Part shown: positions 39,119 to 51,300 of the stretch, in pieces
Layout: each line of letters opens with the position of its first letter
Position numbering within the stretch: the stretch's first letter is position 1
Assembly: GCA_030141605.1 (NCBI GenBank)
Contig: JAQGDQ010002419.1
Coordinates: 1 to 56,156 of the forward strand
Length of the DNA stretch: 56,156 nt
Source: Tubiluchus corallicola
Lineage: Eukaryota > Animalia > Priapulida
Direction of reading: 5' to 3'
Program-made: the position numbers and the translations under genes
The notes under the pieces: generated by a model
Database searches by the model: none
What the model saw: the letters and a program-made list of their open reading frames with translations, nothing else
Told to the model about the DNA's origin: nothing

Positions 39119-41764
39119 ATGAAGAAAGCACTATTGCTGACAACATTAGCCTTTATTGTAACTCTACTACACTCACAACGCTTGAAATACACCATTAACA
39201 CAGGCTGGGAGTTTGCCAAAGGAGAATTAAAAAGTAAAGGCAACGAAATTGTCAATCTGCCTCATACATGGAATGCTTTGGATGTTCTGGACGAGGAAAA
39301 CGGTTATTATAGAGGCATTGGCACGTATAGAAAAAATATATATATTAATCCATCGTTGAAAGGCAAAAGAATATACCTATACTTTGATGGAGCAAGCCAA
39401 GAAACAAAGGTATGGGTAAACAACCAAAAAGCAGGCGAACACATAGGAGGGTACGCTCGTTTTTGTTTTGATATTACCAATTACCTACAATGGACAGAAA
39501 AAGGAGAAGAAATAAAAATAGAAGTAGATAATACGTTCAATGAAGACATACCACCTTTGACTGCTGACTTTACATTTTTTGGAGGTATATATCGCAACCT
39601 GTACATTGTTGCAACAGATGAAGTACATTTAGATTTATTGGACTATGCTTCTACCGGAGTATATATTTCTACCCCTAAAGTAAGCCGCTCAAAAGCCACT
39701 ATTAAAATCAACAGTAGAATAGCCAATAGAAGCAACAGCGCACAAGAAATAGTGGTAAGAAATACTATCTTTTCGCCTGATAATACCATAACAAAAGAAA
39801 CCACCTCAAAAATAAAAATAAAGCCCAACACAGTGTATGAAACCAACCAGCAATTAACAGTTGAAAACCCTCAACTATGGTACCCCGAAAGTCCTAATCT
39901 TTATACAGTAGAAACAAAAATATATAAAAATGGGAAAGAAATAGATGAAGTAAGCAATCCGCTTGGTTTTAGGTGGTATGAATTTGATGCAGAGAAAGGC
40001 CTTTTTCTCAACAATAAACATTATAAACTGATAGGAGCAAGCAGACATCAAGACTATAAGAATATGGGCAATGCAGTACCAGAAGAATTGGCTATAAAAG
40101 ATGTAAAACTACTTAAAGAAATGGGAGCAAACCACCTTCGAGTAGCCCATTATCCACACGACCCTGTAGTAGTAGAAACTTGTGATAAAATAGGTTTAAT
40201 TACCTCCGTAGAAATACCTATCATCAACTACATTACACAATCCGAAGCCTTTGCAGAGAACTGCAAACAGATGCAAATAGAAATGATAAAACAACACTAC
40301 AACCATCCCAGTATATTCATTTGGGCATATATGAATGAAATACTATTAAGACCTCCTAAGTTTGAGAATGATAAAAAGAAAGATGATTATTACAAAAGTG
40401 TAACAAAATTAGCACAAAGTTTAGAAGACATAACACGCAATGAAGACCCTTATCGTTACACAATGATACCCAACCACGGAGCATTTGATAGATACAACAG
40501 AGCAAAACTAACTCAAATACCAATGATAGTAGGCTGGAACTTGTATCAAGGGTGGTATGGTAGTAATATTAATGGATTTGCAGATTTTTTGGATAAACAC
40601 CACAAAGAACTTTCTAAAAAACCTCTTATCGTAACTGAATACGGAGCAGGTGCCGATCCGCGCCTACATTCATTCCTCCCAGAACGTTTTGACTTTACCA
40701 TAGAATACGAAACCTACTACCATAAAGAATATATGAAGGCTATAATGAACAACGATTTTGTAACGGGCGGAGCTGTTTGGAACTTTGCCGATTTTAGCTC
40801 CGAAAGTCGTATAGATGCCGTGCCTAATATCAATAATAAAGGTCTGGTAACCATAGACCGCCAACCCAAGGATGCTTATTACTATTATCAGGCTTTATTA
40901 TTAGAAACACCCTACTTAAAAATAGGCTCGAAGCAATGGAACAACAGAAGTGGGATAGCCAATAAGAACAATGTATGCGTACAATCCATTGAGGTATACT
41001 CAAACTTAGAAAGAGTAGAACTCTTTCTAAATGGGGTGTCCTTAGGCTCGAAAGACATTCAAAACTTTGAGGCACAGTGGGAAGTAGCATTTAAAAATGG
41101 GACTAATCAAATAGAAATAGTAGGCAAGGATGAAAAAGGAAAGAGTATTAAAGATTTTGCAGAAATAGATTTTAAACTGCTATCTCAAAATTTTAGAAGT
41201 AAAGAATTACCTTTTGACTACCTTAATGTATCAGTAGGCTCTAAAAGATATTTTGCAGATGAGTATACAAATCAAACTTGGCTCCCCGACCAAGCCTATG
41301 CAAAAGGGAGCTTCGGCTACATAGGAGGAAGTCCATTCAAAATGCAAAAATCAAAACGACAAAGCTATGGCAGCGATAAGCAAATATTTGGCACGGACAA
41401 CGACCCTATCTACCAAACCCAGCAGGAAGGTATAGAAGCCTATAAAATAGATGTGCCAGATGGTAGCTATGACATAAAGTTACATTTTGCTGAATTACTT
41501 TCTGACCAAGAAAGAGAAGTCTTAGCATTTAATCTTGGAGAAGAAAGTATCAAAGAAACGGCAGAAAAAAGAGTATTCAATATATATATCAACGAAGAAT
41601 TGGTATTAGAAAACCTTAACATAGCTCAACAATATGGAGAGGAAAGAGCTATAGTAGAAAAATTCATTACAAAGGCTACTAAAGAAGAAGGAATAACCAT
41701 TAAATTTGAAACATTAGAAGGAAAACCTATTTTAAATGGAGTGCAAGTAAGAAGAATATATTAA
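39119..41764 (+). CDS. GH2 glycoside hydrolase with C-terminal malectin-like domain
   Basis: VNLPHTWN, ADFTFFGGIYR, RVAHYPH, WAYMNE, VTEYGAG; C-terminal DPIYQTQ..YDIKLHFAE. Confidence 0.9.
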   Translation: MKKALLLTTLAFIVTLLHSQRLKYTINTGWEFAKGELKSKGNEIVNLPHTWNALDVLDEENGYYRGIGTYRKNIYINPSLKGKRIYLYFDGASQETKVWVNNQKAGEHIGGYARFCFDITNYLQWTEKGEEIKIEVDNTFNEDIPPLTADFTFFGGIYRNLYIVATDEVHLDLLDYASTGVYISTPKVSRSKATIKINSRIANRSNSAQEIVVRNTIFSPDNTITKETTSKIKIKPNTVYETNQQLTVENPQLWYPESPNLYTVETKIYKNGKEIDEVSNPLGFRWYEFDAEKGLFLNNKHYKLIGASRHQDYKNMGNAVPEELAIKDVKLLKEMGANHLRVAHYPHDPVVVETCDKIGLITSVEIPIINYITQSEAFAENCKQMQIEMIKQHYNHPSIFIWAYMNEILLRPPKFENDKKKDDYYKSVTKLAQSLEDITRNEDPYRYTMIPNHGAFDRYNRAKLTQIPMIVGWNLYQGWYGSNINGFADFLDKHHKELSKKPLIVTEYGAGADPRLHSFLPERFDFTIEYETYYHKEYMKAIMNNDFVTGGAVWNFADFSSESRIDAVPNINNKGLVTIDRQPKDAYYYYQALLLETPYLKIGSKQWNNRSGIANKNNVCVQSIEVYSNLERVELFLNGVSLGSKDIQNFEAQWEVAFKNGTNQIEIVGKDEKGKSIKDFAEIDFKLLSQNFRSKELPFDYLNVSVGSKRYFADEYTNQTWLPDQAYAKGSFGYIGGSPFKMQKSKRQSYGSDKQIFGTDNDPIYQTQQEGIEAYKIDVPDGSYDIKLHFAELLSDQEREVLAFNLGEESIKETAEKRVFNIYINEELVLENLNIAQQYGEERAIVEKFITKATKEEGITIKFETLEGKPILNGVQVRRIY

Positions 41765-41786
41765 TTATTAAAACATAGGACATTAA

Positions 41787-42605
41787 ATGAAAAACGATTT
41801 GTTCAACATCGCAGGAAAAGTAGCTATACTTACAGGAGGTGGAGGAGTACTGGCAGGCACGATGGCAAAATATTTATTAAAACACAATGTAAGAGTAGCA
41901 CTTTTAGACCTTAACACTGATGCTATTAAATTACAACAAAAAGAATTAAACGAATATAAGCACAGTATTATAGGTTTTGAAACCAGTGTATTGGACAAAA
42001 AGCAATTGGAGGAAGTAAGGGAGAAAATATTAAAAAAATGGGGACGGATAGACCTTCTCATCAATGCTGCGGGAGGCAATATGCCCGGTGCCACGATAGG
42101 AGAAGACCAAACTATTTTTGACCTAAAAATAGAAGACTTTCACAAAGTTTCTCAACTTAATTTAGAAGGTACAGTATTGCCTTCTATTGTCTTTGGCGAA
42201 ACAATGGCAAAACAAAAGGAAGGTAATATTATCAATATTTCCTCAATGACTGCTTACCAAGCCATTACACGTGTAGTAGGATATTCTGCCTCCAAAGCTG
42301 CTATTTCTAATTTCACCCAATGGTTAGCTACTGAATTAGCCTTGAAGTTTGGCGAAAGTCTTAGAGTAAATGCCATTGCTCCGGGGTTCTTCATAGGCAA
42401 TCAAAACCGTACTTTACTTACCAACCCTGATGGCAGTTATACAGAACGAGGAAATAAAATTATCAACAAAACTCCTATGAAACGTTTTGGAGAGGCAGAG
42501 GAGCTCAACGGCACCATCCATTGGCTAATGAGTAAAGCCTCACAATTTGTAACGGGTGTTATCATCCCCATAGATGGAGGTTTCAACGCATATAGCGGAG
42601 TGTAA
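41787..42605 (+). CDS. uxuB: SDR oxidoreductase, probable D-mannonate oxidoreductase (fructuronate reductase)
   Basis: TGGGGVLA, NAAGGNMPGAT, YSASKAA; adjacent to uxuA. Confidence 0.8.
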   Translation: MKNDLFNIAGKVAILTGGGGVLAGTMAKYLLKHNVRVALLDLNTDAIKLQQKELNEYKHSIIGFETSVLDKKQLEEVREKILKKWGRIDLLINAAGGNMPGATIGEDQTIFDLKIEDFHKVSQLNLEGTVLPSIVFGETMAKQKEGNIINISSMTAYQAITRVVGYSASKAAISNFTQWLATELALKFGESLRVNAIAPGFFIGNQNRTLLTNPDGSYTERGNKIINKTPMKRFGEAEELNGTIHWLMSKASQFVTGVIIPIDGGFNAYSGV

Positions 42606-42637
42606 ATTACATATTCAAAACATAATATATATAACCA

Positions 42638-43834
42638 ATGAATTTAAAACAATCGTGGCGCTGGTATGGACCCAACGATCCTATAACACTACAAGATATA
42701 AAACAAACAGGTGCTACTGTAATAGTTACTGCTTTGCATCATATACCCAATGGAGAAGTTTGGACAGTAGAAGAGATACAAAAACGAAAAGAACAAATAG
42801 AACAAACAGGCTTGAAATGGGAAGTAGTAGAAAGTGTTCCTGTTCACGAGGATATAAAAAAGCAAACGGGGAACTATAAAACTTACATTGAAAATTATAA
42901 GAAAAGTATTGACAATTTAGGCAAGTTGGGTATAAGAGTCATCTGTTACAACTTTATGCCCGTATTGGATTGGACACGTACTGACTTGGAGTATGAACTT
43001 GAAGATGGTTCAAAGGCTCTAAGTTTTGAAATGAAAGCTCTTGCAGCTTTTGATGTATTCATTTTGAAACGCCCCAATGCAGCAAAAGACTACACCGAAA
43101 AAATACTTAAAGAAGCCAAAACTTACTTTGAAGCTCTTTCGGAAGTAGGCAAAGAAAAACTACAAAAAACAATCATAGCAGGACTGCCCGGAGCAGAGGA
43201 AACCTATACCTTAGAGGAATTTCAAAAAACCTTAGATACTTACAAAGGCATAGGAGACAAAGAACTAGCAAACAACTTAAAATATTTCTTAGACGAGATT
43301 ATTCCAGTAGCAGAAAAAACTAATATCAATATGGCAATACACGCCGACGACCCACCTATTCCTATATTTGGCTTACCAAGGATAATAAGCACCCCTGAAC
43401 ATATAAAACGACTATATGCCTTAAACAAAAGTAAAAACAATGGCTTAACAATGTGTGCAGGTTCTTTTGGTTCGAGAATAGATAACAACCTTTCATTAAT
43501 CACAGAACAATTTGCCGACCGCATATACTTTGCACACTTAAGAAGTGTAGAAATAGACGCAGAAGGCAATTTCTATGAAGCCAATCACTTAGAAGGCGGT
43601 GCTAATATGTATGAAGTAGTTTTAGCACTATTGAAAGAAAATAAAAAACGAGCCGAAAAAGGAGTGAAGAACGAAGCAATATATATTCGTCCCGACCACG
43701 GACATCAGATGTTAGACGACCTCAACAACTCAAAAAAAACCAACCCGGGCTATACTGCCATAGGCAGAATGCGAGGCTTAGCAGAAATAAGAGGTTTGGA
43801 AATGGGAATATACAAAAGCATTTTTAAGAAATAA
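42638..43834 (+). CDS. uxuA: Mannonate dehydratase
   Basis: [48 protein letters not shown] motifs. Confidence 0.97.
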   Translation: MNLKQSWRWYGPNDPITLQDIKQTGATVIVTALHHIPNGEVWTVEEIQKRKEQIEQTGLKWEVVESVPVHEDIKKQTGNYKTYIENYKKSIDNLGKLGIRVICYNFMPVLDWTRTDLEYELEDGSKALSFEMKALAAFDVFILKRPNAAKDYTEKILKEAKTYFEALSEVGKEKLQKTIIAGLPGAEETYTLEEFQKTLDTYKGIGDKELANNLKYFLDEIIPVAEKTNINMAIHADDPPIPIFGLPRIISTPEHIKRLYALNKSKNNGLTMCAGSFGSRIDNNLSLITEQFADRIYFAHLRSVEIDAEGNFYEANHLEGGANMYEVVLALLKENKKRAEKGVKNEAIYIRPDHGHQMLDDLNNSKKTNPGYTAIGRMRGLAEIRGLEMGIYKSIFKK

Positions 43835-43870
43835 GATAAGTTATTTCTTAAATAAGCATTTTACCTCTGA

Positions 43871-43898
43871 TATAAGCCAAGCATAGTCTTGGCTTATA
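43871..43898. terminator. Hairpin between convergent uxuA and porZ
   Basis: Perfect 11-bp stem tataagccaag / cttggcttata with a 6-nt loop; no strong U-tract. Confidence 0.65.
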
Positions 43899-43936
43899 CT
43901 GGATATTTGTGTATATAATCCTTCCCCTCTCCTTGA

Positions 43937-46222
43937 TTATAAGAAAAGTATTTTAGTTACAGCTTTTTCTTGTCCATCGTGGTCTACCACATAGATAAGG
44001 TATATTCCAGAAGTTATCCTTTGTCCACTTTGCTTGCACCCATTCCACGTAGCCTGTCCACCAAGCGAAACAGTCTCATAAACAAGGTTGCCATTAATAT
44101 TTGTAATTTTCACATTGGTGTTTTCCTTCAAGCCAGTTATAGTTATTAGCCCTTCATAGTTTTCCCTTACGGGGTTAGGAAAAGCAAATATATCGTTATA
44201 ACTAGATTTCGGCTCAATGGCTTCTCCTCTGTATGAGGTTATACCATATGCTGTGGCTATGAATATTTCCCCAGTATTAGAATCTATAGCAATATCTTTA
44301 ATATCATTAGAGGGCAATGGGCTATTTTGTATATTAAAGTGTTCTAACTGTTTTTTTCCATCACCTGACATAAGGTATACGCCTGAATTTCTCGTGCCAA
44401 AACACTTTCTATCAGCACCATCTATAGCTATGGAGCTTACTATCTCCATTTCCAAAAGATAGCCAAATGTTCCATCATCATTTGACACAGATACCTTTTC
44501 TGCATAAGTGCCTCCTAAGGCTAACATCTCATAGGGGTGAAAATAGGTTAGCACTCCATTTTCTGTACCAAGCCATAAAATACCCTTTTTGTCCTGTTGC
44601 AAAGAGTAGACCTTGTTAGTCAAAACACCTCCCCCCTCTCCTCTTACTTTAGTCCTAATATATTCATCATCCGATTCTGTTTGCAAGGTAGCCCTATCAT
44701 TAAATATAAATAATTCGTCCCCATCATTTAATACTATCCATTTATCGTCATTGGCAGTATTTATCATTCTCCCAAAACTATCATTATTGTTCAAAATATT
44801 ATAATTATAGGCATACCATTGCTTGTTCGGAGTTTTTATTCCTATAGGAGTTGCACTATTAGAGTTTGTTACCCACAAATTGCCGTCCGTATCATAGGTC
44901 ATACTACCTACCTGCAACATTCCATTGATAGATGGCTCTAAGGGGGTATTAGTTTCATCCCACCTTGTTTTTGTCTGGTTATTTTGCAACTCTAAAATAC
45001 TGGTTTTGGCTGAAATATATAAATCATCGTTTTGGGGCAAAATATCTACTATATTACTTATTTCTGGATATTGGTAATCAGTCCATTGTTCGTTTTCAAA
45101 AATCGAAAATATATTGTTATTATTCGATATTACATATATCCTATCATCATAATATTTCAAATTTGCAGTACTATGCCGAGCAGGTGCATTGGGCTGTACA
45201 AATTGGGGCGTATTATCAAGCACTGATAGCTTTATCAATCCCTGCACACTATCAGCAATCCAAACAAACTCAGTATCATTCTGCTTGGCATCGACAGGTA
45301 CTCCCTCGTAGGTACTCTTATAGATAACCCTATCATTAGCATCTATCAGCAACACTATATCATCCGCACAAACAATAAGATTTTCCACACCCGTTTCTAT
45401 GGCTTTTACACTATTATATATAGTAGTTGAAGTAGTCCAAGTGTTGTTTTGATAAATATAAACAGTATCCTTATCACCTACTACTCCATTAGCGTACACT
45501 TTATTATTAAAACAGGTAACTATATTAAAAGTATCATTGGGATTTGGTATTGCAATATCTTTTTTCCACTCGTTGAAATCAGCCAAATTAGAATTGTTTA
45601 TACTACCCACATAAATACCTTCGCTGGTAGCTGCATAAATATTTTTATCAACAGAGCAATAAGCAATATCAAATAGTTGTAGAGCATTGTCTTCTTGGGT
45701 AAAATAATAGGTATCCTTTACCTCGCTCCTTTCCAAATCTAACAAAACTATTCCAAAATTAAAAGCCACATATACCACTCCTTCTATATATACAACCGTT
45801 TGAGGTTTTACTTCTTTTATATTACTTAATACAATATCAGGAATATTATCTATTGTTTTATCTGTAACAACATCTATATTACCATTCTCATACACTACTA
45901 TCAAAACATCCGAAGAGGCAATGTATTTTACCACCTCTATTTTATGCTCTGTTAAACCCTCTACTTTTGATAGAGTATTAATAGTATTATCAACAACATT
46001 GTAGTACAGCAAACCTCCTTCTGCCAAATAATATATTTTATTTCTGCCCACTTCTATTTGCTTCCCCTCATCATAATTAAAATGATTTCGCCATTCCTTC
46101 ACTCCTATTTGCGAAAAAACAATAGCTGACAACAACAGTAATCCTACAAGTAATAAGCTCCTTTTCACTTCAATTAGTGTTTCATATATAAATAACATAG
46201 GGGATATATCCTCCCTCTTCAC
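43937..46222 (-). CDS. porZ: T9SS component PorZ-like beta-propeller protein with CTD
   Basis: WRNHFNY, LSKVEGL, YENGNID, IAIDGADRK.FGT, NSPLPSN, AFPNPVRENYEG, SLGGQATWNG..SGIY. Confidence 0.85.
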   Translation of the reverse strand: MKREDISPMLFIYETLIEVKRSLLLVGLLLLSAIVFSQIGVKEWRNHFNYDEGKQIEVGRNKIYYLAEGGLLYYNVVDNTINTLSKVEGLTEHKIEVVKYIASSDVLIVVYENGNIDVVTDKTIDNIPDIVLSNIKEVKPQTVVYIEGVVYVAFNFGIVLLDLERSEVKDTYYFTQEDNALQLFDIAYCSVDKNIYAATSEGIYVGSINNSNLADFNEWKKDIAIPNPNDTFNIVTCFNNKVYANGVVGDKDTVYIYQNNTWTTSTTIYNSVKAIETGVENLIVCADDIVLLIDANDRVIYKSTYEGVPVDAKQNDTEFVWIADSVQGLIKLSVLDNTPQFVQPNAPARHSTANLKYYDDRIYVISNNNNIFSIFENEQWTDYQYPEISNIVDILPQNDDLYISAKTSILELQNNQTKTRWDETNTPLEPSINGMLQVGSMTYDTDGNLWVTNSNSATPIGIKTPNKQWYAYNYNILNNNDSFGRMINTANDDKWIVLNDGDELFIFNDRATLQTESDDEYIRTKVRGEGGGVLTNKVYSLQQDKKGILWLGTENGVLTYFHPYEMLALGGTYAEKVSVSNDDGTFGYLLEMEIVSSIAIDGADRKCFGTRNSGVYLMSGDGKKQLEHFNIQNSPLPSNDIKDIAIDSNTGEIFIATAYGITSYRGEAIEPKSSYNDIFAFPNPVRENYEGLITITGLKENTNVKITNINGNLVYETVSLGGQATWNGCKQSGQRITSGIYLIYVVDHDGQEKAVTKILFL

Positions 46223-46271
46223 TTAGGACGTATCCCCAACAAGAAATTATTTTAATATTATCGCTAAAAAA

Positions 46272-46850
46272 TTAGACCCTTTTATTAAGATAGTTAATTA
46301 GTTTTTGTATTGCCTTTCCCCTATGGCTAATAGCATTTTTTTGCTCCAATGGCATTTCTGCAAAAGAAACAGAATAACCTTCTGGAATAAATATTGGGTC
46401 GTAGCCAAAGCCCTTTTCCCCCTTGCGTGTAGTAGTTATATTTCCTTCTACAACTCCTTCAAACTGCTTTTCCTCTCCTTCTTCTATTAGCGAAATTATG
46501 GTACGAAACTTAGCCTTTCTATTCTTAATTCCCTCCATTTTTTGAAGCACCTTATCCATATTCTTCTCCGAGTTTGCCTCATCACCTGCATAACGTGCCG
46601 AATACACGCCGGGTTCTCCCTGCAAGGCTTCTACTTCTAAGCCTGTATCATCTGCAAAACAATTTATTTTGCACTTCTCGTAAATATACTGTGCTTTCTG
46701 CTTGGCGTTCTCTTCAAGAGTTGCATAATCTTCTGGAATATCTCCTACGAAACCTACTTCTTTCAAACTTACTACTTCAAACTTACTACCTAAAAGTTTC
46801 TGTATCTCTTTGAGTTTATTTCTATTATTAGTAGCAAAAAGCAACCTCAT
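46272..46850 (-). CDS. rdgB: Non-canonical purine NTP pyrophosphatase (RdgB/HAM1)
   Basis: FATNNRNK, ADDTGL, PGVYSARYA, GFGYDPIF, KNAISHR. Confidence 0.96.
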   Translation of the reverse strand: MRLLFATNNRNKLKEIQKLLGSKFEVVSLKEVGFVGDIPEDYATLEENAKQKAQYIYEKCKINCFADDTGLEVEALQGEPGVYSARYAGDEANSEKNMDKVLQKMEGIKNRKAKFRTIISLIEEGEEKQFEGVVEGNITTTRKGEKGFGYDPIFIPEGYSVSFAEMPLEQKNAISHRGKAIQKLINYLNKRV

Positions 46851-46861
46851 CCCCTTAGTAT

Positions 46862-48349
46862 TTATTCTTCATTTACGTTAAGTTCATCTTGTAGTTTTAA
46901 GATAGACATATCCTTAGCTCCTAAGCTAGAATCTTCCATCAAATATTTATCCACCTCCCTTGCAGCTTCACGTCCTTCTGATATTGCCCACACCACCAAC
47001 GACTGTCCTCTTCTCATATCACCTGCAACAAAAACCTTATCTGCAGTAGTTCTATAATTCCGAGCCTTTACATTGCCTCTTTCATCCAATTCTACTTCAA
47101 GCTGTTCAAGCAATCCTTTATGTTGAGGATGAACAAAGCCCATAGCAAGCAACAACAAATCACAAGGCAGCTCCTTCTCTGTTCCTTTCAACTCTTCAAA
47201 GTGAAACCCTCCATCCTTCATTTTCTTCCATTTCACCTTTACTGTTTTTATGGCCTTTATCCTACCTTGTTCATCACCTATTATCTCTTTTGTAAGAGTA
47301 GCCCATTGGCGGTTTACTCCTTCCTTGTGCGATGTTGAAGTCCTTAGCGTTTGTCCCCATTGAGGCCAAGGGTTATTTTTTTCTCTTTTAACAGGAGGCT
47401 TAGGCATTATTTCTATTTGCGTAACCGACTTTGCCTTATGCCTATTCGAAGTCCCTACACAGTCTGCCCCTGTGTCTCCACCCCCTATTACTACTACATT
47501 TCTATCGGTAGCCAATATATCTTTCTCCTCAAAGGAAATACCTGCTACCCTTTTATTTTGTTGTTTCAAAAAATCCATAGCAAAACACACGCCCTCTAAC
47601 TCACGTCCTTTCACCTCCAAATCTCTTGGCACCGTAGAACCACCACAAAGCACTACTGCATCAAACTCTTCCAATAAGAAATCTGTGGAAACATTCACCC
47701 CCACCTCTGCATTAGTTTCAAAAACCACTCCTTCGCGCTTCATTATATCCACACGTCTTTCTATTACCCACTTTTCAAGTTTAAAATCAGGAATACCATA
47801 AGTAAGAAGTCCCCCAACCCTATCGTCCCGTTCATACACCACCACCCAATGTCCTACCTTATTTAGTTGAGCAGCCACAGCTAAACCCGCAGGCCCTGAA
47901 CCTACTATCGCCACTTTTTTACCCGTTCGTTTTTGGGGTATTTTTGGTTTTATATATCCGTGCTCGTAAGCTTTCTCTGCTATTGTTTTTTCAATAAACT
48001 CAATAGTAACAGGCGAATTGTTAATCTCTAACGTACAAGCATCTTCACAAGGAGCAGGACATATTCTTCCCGTAAATTCAGGAAAATTATTTGTATCGCC
48101 TAATACAGACATTGCCCCTCTCCAATTTTCCTCGTTTACCATTTCATTAAACTCAGGAATAAGATTGCCCAACGGACAACCACTATGGCAAAAAGGCACA
48201 CCACATTCCATACACCGTTCTGCCTGCTTATTTACACCTTCCTCCGTAAACGGATAATACAATTCGTTATAATCTTTCAAACGTTCCTCCACATTCCTCA
48301 CTGAAGGAATTCTACGTTCATTTTCTAAAAATCCTTTTGGTTTGGACAT
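46862..48349 (-). CDS. gltD: Glutamate synthase small subunit
   Basis: RCMECGVPFCHSGCPLGN, GSGPAGL, GGGDTGADC, GDMRRGQSLVVWAISEGR. Confidence 0.97.
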   Translation of the reverse strand: MSKPKGFLENERRIPSVRNVEERLKDYNELYYPFTEEGVNKQAERCMECGVPFCHSGCPLGNLIPEFNEMVNEENWRGAMSVLGDTNNFPEFTGRICPAPCEDACTLEINNSPVTIEFIEKTIAEKAYEHGYIKPKIPQKRTGKKVAIVGSGPAGLAVAAQLNKVGHWVVVYERDDRVGGLLTYGIPDFKLEKWVIERRVDIMKREGVVFETNAEVGVNVSTDFLLEEFDAVVLCGGSTVPRDLEVKGRELEGVCFAMDFLKQQNKRVAGISFEEKDILATDRNVVVIGGGDTGADCVGTSNRHKAKSVTQIEIMPKPPVKREKNNPWPQWGQTLRTSTSHKEGVNRQWATLTKEIIGDEQGRIKAIKTVKVKWKKMKDGGFHFEELKGTEKELPCDLLLLAMGFVHPQHKGLLEQLEVELDERGNVKARNYRTTADKVFVAGDMRRGQSLVVWAISEGREAAREVDKYLMEDSSLGAKDMSILKLQDELNVNEE

Positions 48350-48385
48350 ATTTCATTCTATATTATTATTCTACTCTAAATTCAA

Positions 48386-51300
48386 CTATGCCACTTTTCC
48401 CTTTTTCTTCAACTCAGCCAAAGCTCTCTTATAATCTCTAGGTATTACTTTTATAAACTTAGCTATTTCCTCCTTCCAGTTGTCTAATATCTTTTTTGCT
48501 ATCTTACTATCTGTATAACTATGGTGTTTGGTAATAAGCGCTTTCAATGTTTCGATGTCTTCTTCTACAGACTCTTCTAAATCTACCAACTCCATATTGC
48601 AATTATCTTTCAGAATATTCTTCTTATCGTACACATAAGCTATTCCTCCGCTCATACCTGCTGCAAAATTACGTCCTATACTTCCAAGTATCACCACTAC
48701 TCCTCCTGTCATATACTCACACCCATGATCACCCACTCCTTCTACTACCACTTTTACACCGGAGTTTCTTACAGCAAAACGCTCTCCTCCCAGACCACAT
48801 ATATAAGCCTCGCCCGAAGTAGCACCATAAAAAGCAACATTGCCTATAATAGCATTTTTATGATGTTCAAACTTTGCTTTCCTATCAGGATAAACAACTA
48901 GTTTAGCACCTGACTGCCCTTTGCCAAAATAATCATTGGCAGCTCCTTCTAATTCCAAACATAGCCCCTTTGCAGAAAACGCTCCAAAACTTTGTCCTGC
49001 TACCCCCTTAAATTTGAAATGCACAGTATCCTCCGCCAAGCCTTGACTACCATATTTCTTTGATATTTCATTGGAAAGCATTGCCCCCACAGCTCTGTCC
49101 GTATTCTTAATAGGGAACTTTGCTACTGTTCTCTTTTGATTGCTAATAGAAGACTGCGCAACCTCTATTAACTGTCTGTCCAACACCTTATCTATATTAT
49201 GGTCTTGTTCTATTTGCTTGTACACTCCTGATTGGCGAGGTCCTTTATGTAATATTGGACTATAATCAATATTCTTTATCTTCCAGTGGTCAATATTATC
49301 CTTCTTTTTAAGCACATCTACCTGTCCCACCATTTCATTAATAGTTCTATAACCTAATTGTGCCATTATCTCACGCAACTCCTGTGTTATAAATTGAAAA
49401 TAATTCACCACATATTCTGGTTTTCCTGTAAATAGTTGACGCAACTTTGAGTTTTGCGTGGCTATCCCTACAGAACAAGTGTTAAGATGGCATTTTCTCA
49501 ACATTATACAGCCCATTGTTACCAATGCTGATGTAGCAACACCCCACTCCTCTGCACCAAGTAATGTAGCTATTGCTATATCCCTTCCTGTACGGAGCTG
49601 CCCATCCGTTTGAAGCACCACACGGCTACGCAAGTTGTTCATTACTAATGTTTGATGGCTTTCAGCCACACCCAGTTCCCAAGGCAAACCGGTATGACGA
49701 ATAGAAGACAAGGGAGATGCTCCTGTTCCGCCATCGTGTCCTGAGACAAGCACCACATCGGCGTGAGCCTTAGCCACTCCTGCAGCAATTGTTCCTACTC
49801 CTGCTTCTGATACAAGTTTTACATTTATCCTTGCCTTGCGATTAGCATTTTTAAGGTCAAAAATTAATTGAGCAAGGTCTTCAATAGAATATATGTCGTG
49901 ATGAGGTGGAGGTGATATAAGTCCCACCCCAGGAGTAGAATTCCTTACTCGTGCAATCCATTCATCTACTTTATGCCCCGGCAATTGCCCCCCTTCACCG
50001 GGCTTAGCTCCTTGTGCAATTTTTATCTGCAATTCATCAGCATTGGTCAGATAGTTACTCGTAACACCAAATCTCCCTGATGCTACCTGTTTAATAGCAG
50101 AGCGTTCCCAATCGCCATTAGCTTTCCTTTCAAACCTATCTTCATCTTCTCCTCCTTCGCCACTATTGCTTTTCGCTCCTATACGGTTCATCGCTATAGC
50201 AAGTGTAGAGTGTGCTTCGTACGATATTGACCCAAAGGACATAGCCCCTGTAGCAAACCTTTTTAATATATTTTCAGCAGGTTCTACTTCATCTATATGT
50301 ATAGAAGTTTGTTCCTTGAAATCTAGTGTTCCTCTTATGGTGTATAGCTTCTCTGTTTGCTCATTAATTTCTTGTGCAAACTTTTTATACACCTCATAAT
50401 CCCCCATCTTAGTAGCATGCTGCAACAATTCTATCGTAGTAGGATTAAGTATGTGTATATCTCCCTTTCTTCTCCATCGGTATATCCCACCTTCAGGCAA
50501 TTTGTAAGCCCTTTTATTCCCTTTCAAGAAGGCAAGTTTATGTTTGGCGAGTGTTTCTTCTGCTATATCATCGAAGCCAAGTCCTTCTATACGCGACACA
50601 GTAGAGGTAAAACACTTATCTATTACCTTTTTATTTAGACCAAGAGCTTCAAATATTTGTGCTCCGTGATAAGATTGCAAAGTAGATATTCCCATTTTAG
50701 AAAATATCTTCAACAATCCTTTCCCAATAGCTGCAATATAGTTTTCTATACCCTGCTTTTCATCTATATTTGTATTGATGTACTTTTTCTCTTTAAGTAA
50801 CTTAAAGCTATCAAAAGCAAGATAAGGATTTACAACATTAGCACCATAGCCTATAAGTGTAGCAAAATGATGTGTTTCGTACACATCACCAGCTTGCACA
50901 GCTATACCTGTACGAACTCTCAATCCCGTTTTAATAAGGTGCTGATGTATTGCTCCCGTTGCAAGTAAAGAAGGTATAGGAGCATTTTCTGTGCTAAATT
51001 GATTGTCGGATACAATTAATATATTACAACCTTTAAGCACTGCCTCTTCAGCTTCATCTGTTATTCTATCAATGGCTTGCTCTAAACGCCCTTTCTTTCC
51101 ATCGGCTTTAAAAGTAATGTTGATAGTATGCGACCTAAAATAGGAATCTTGTATATTTCGCATCTTTTCTAGCTGCCTATTAGTAATAATAGGCTGCTTA
51201 AAAGTAATTTGCTTACAATGTAATGGAGTTTCTTCTAATATATTATAGGTTGTTCCAATAGCAGTATGTAGCGACATTACAGGCCGCTCGCGTATAGGGT

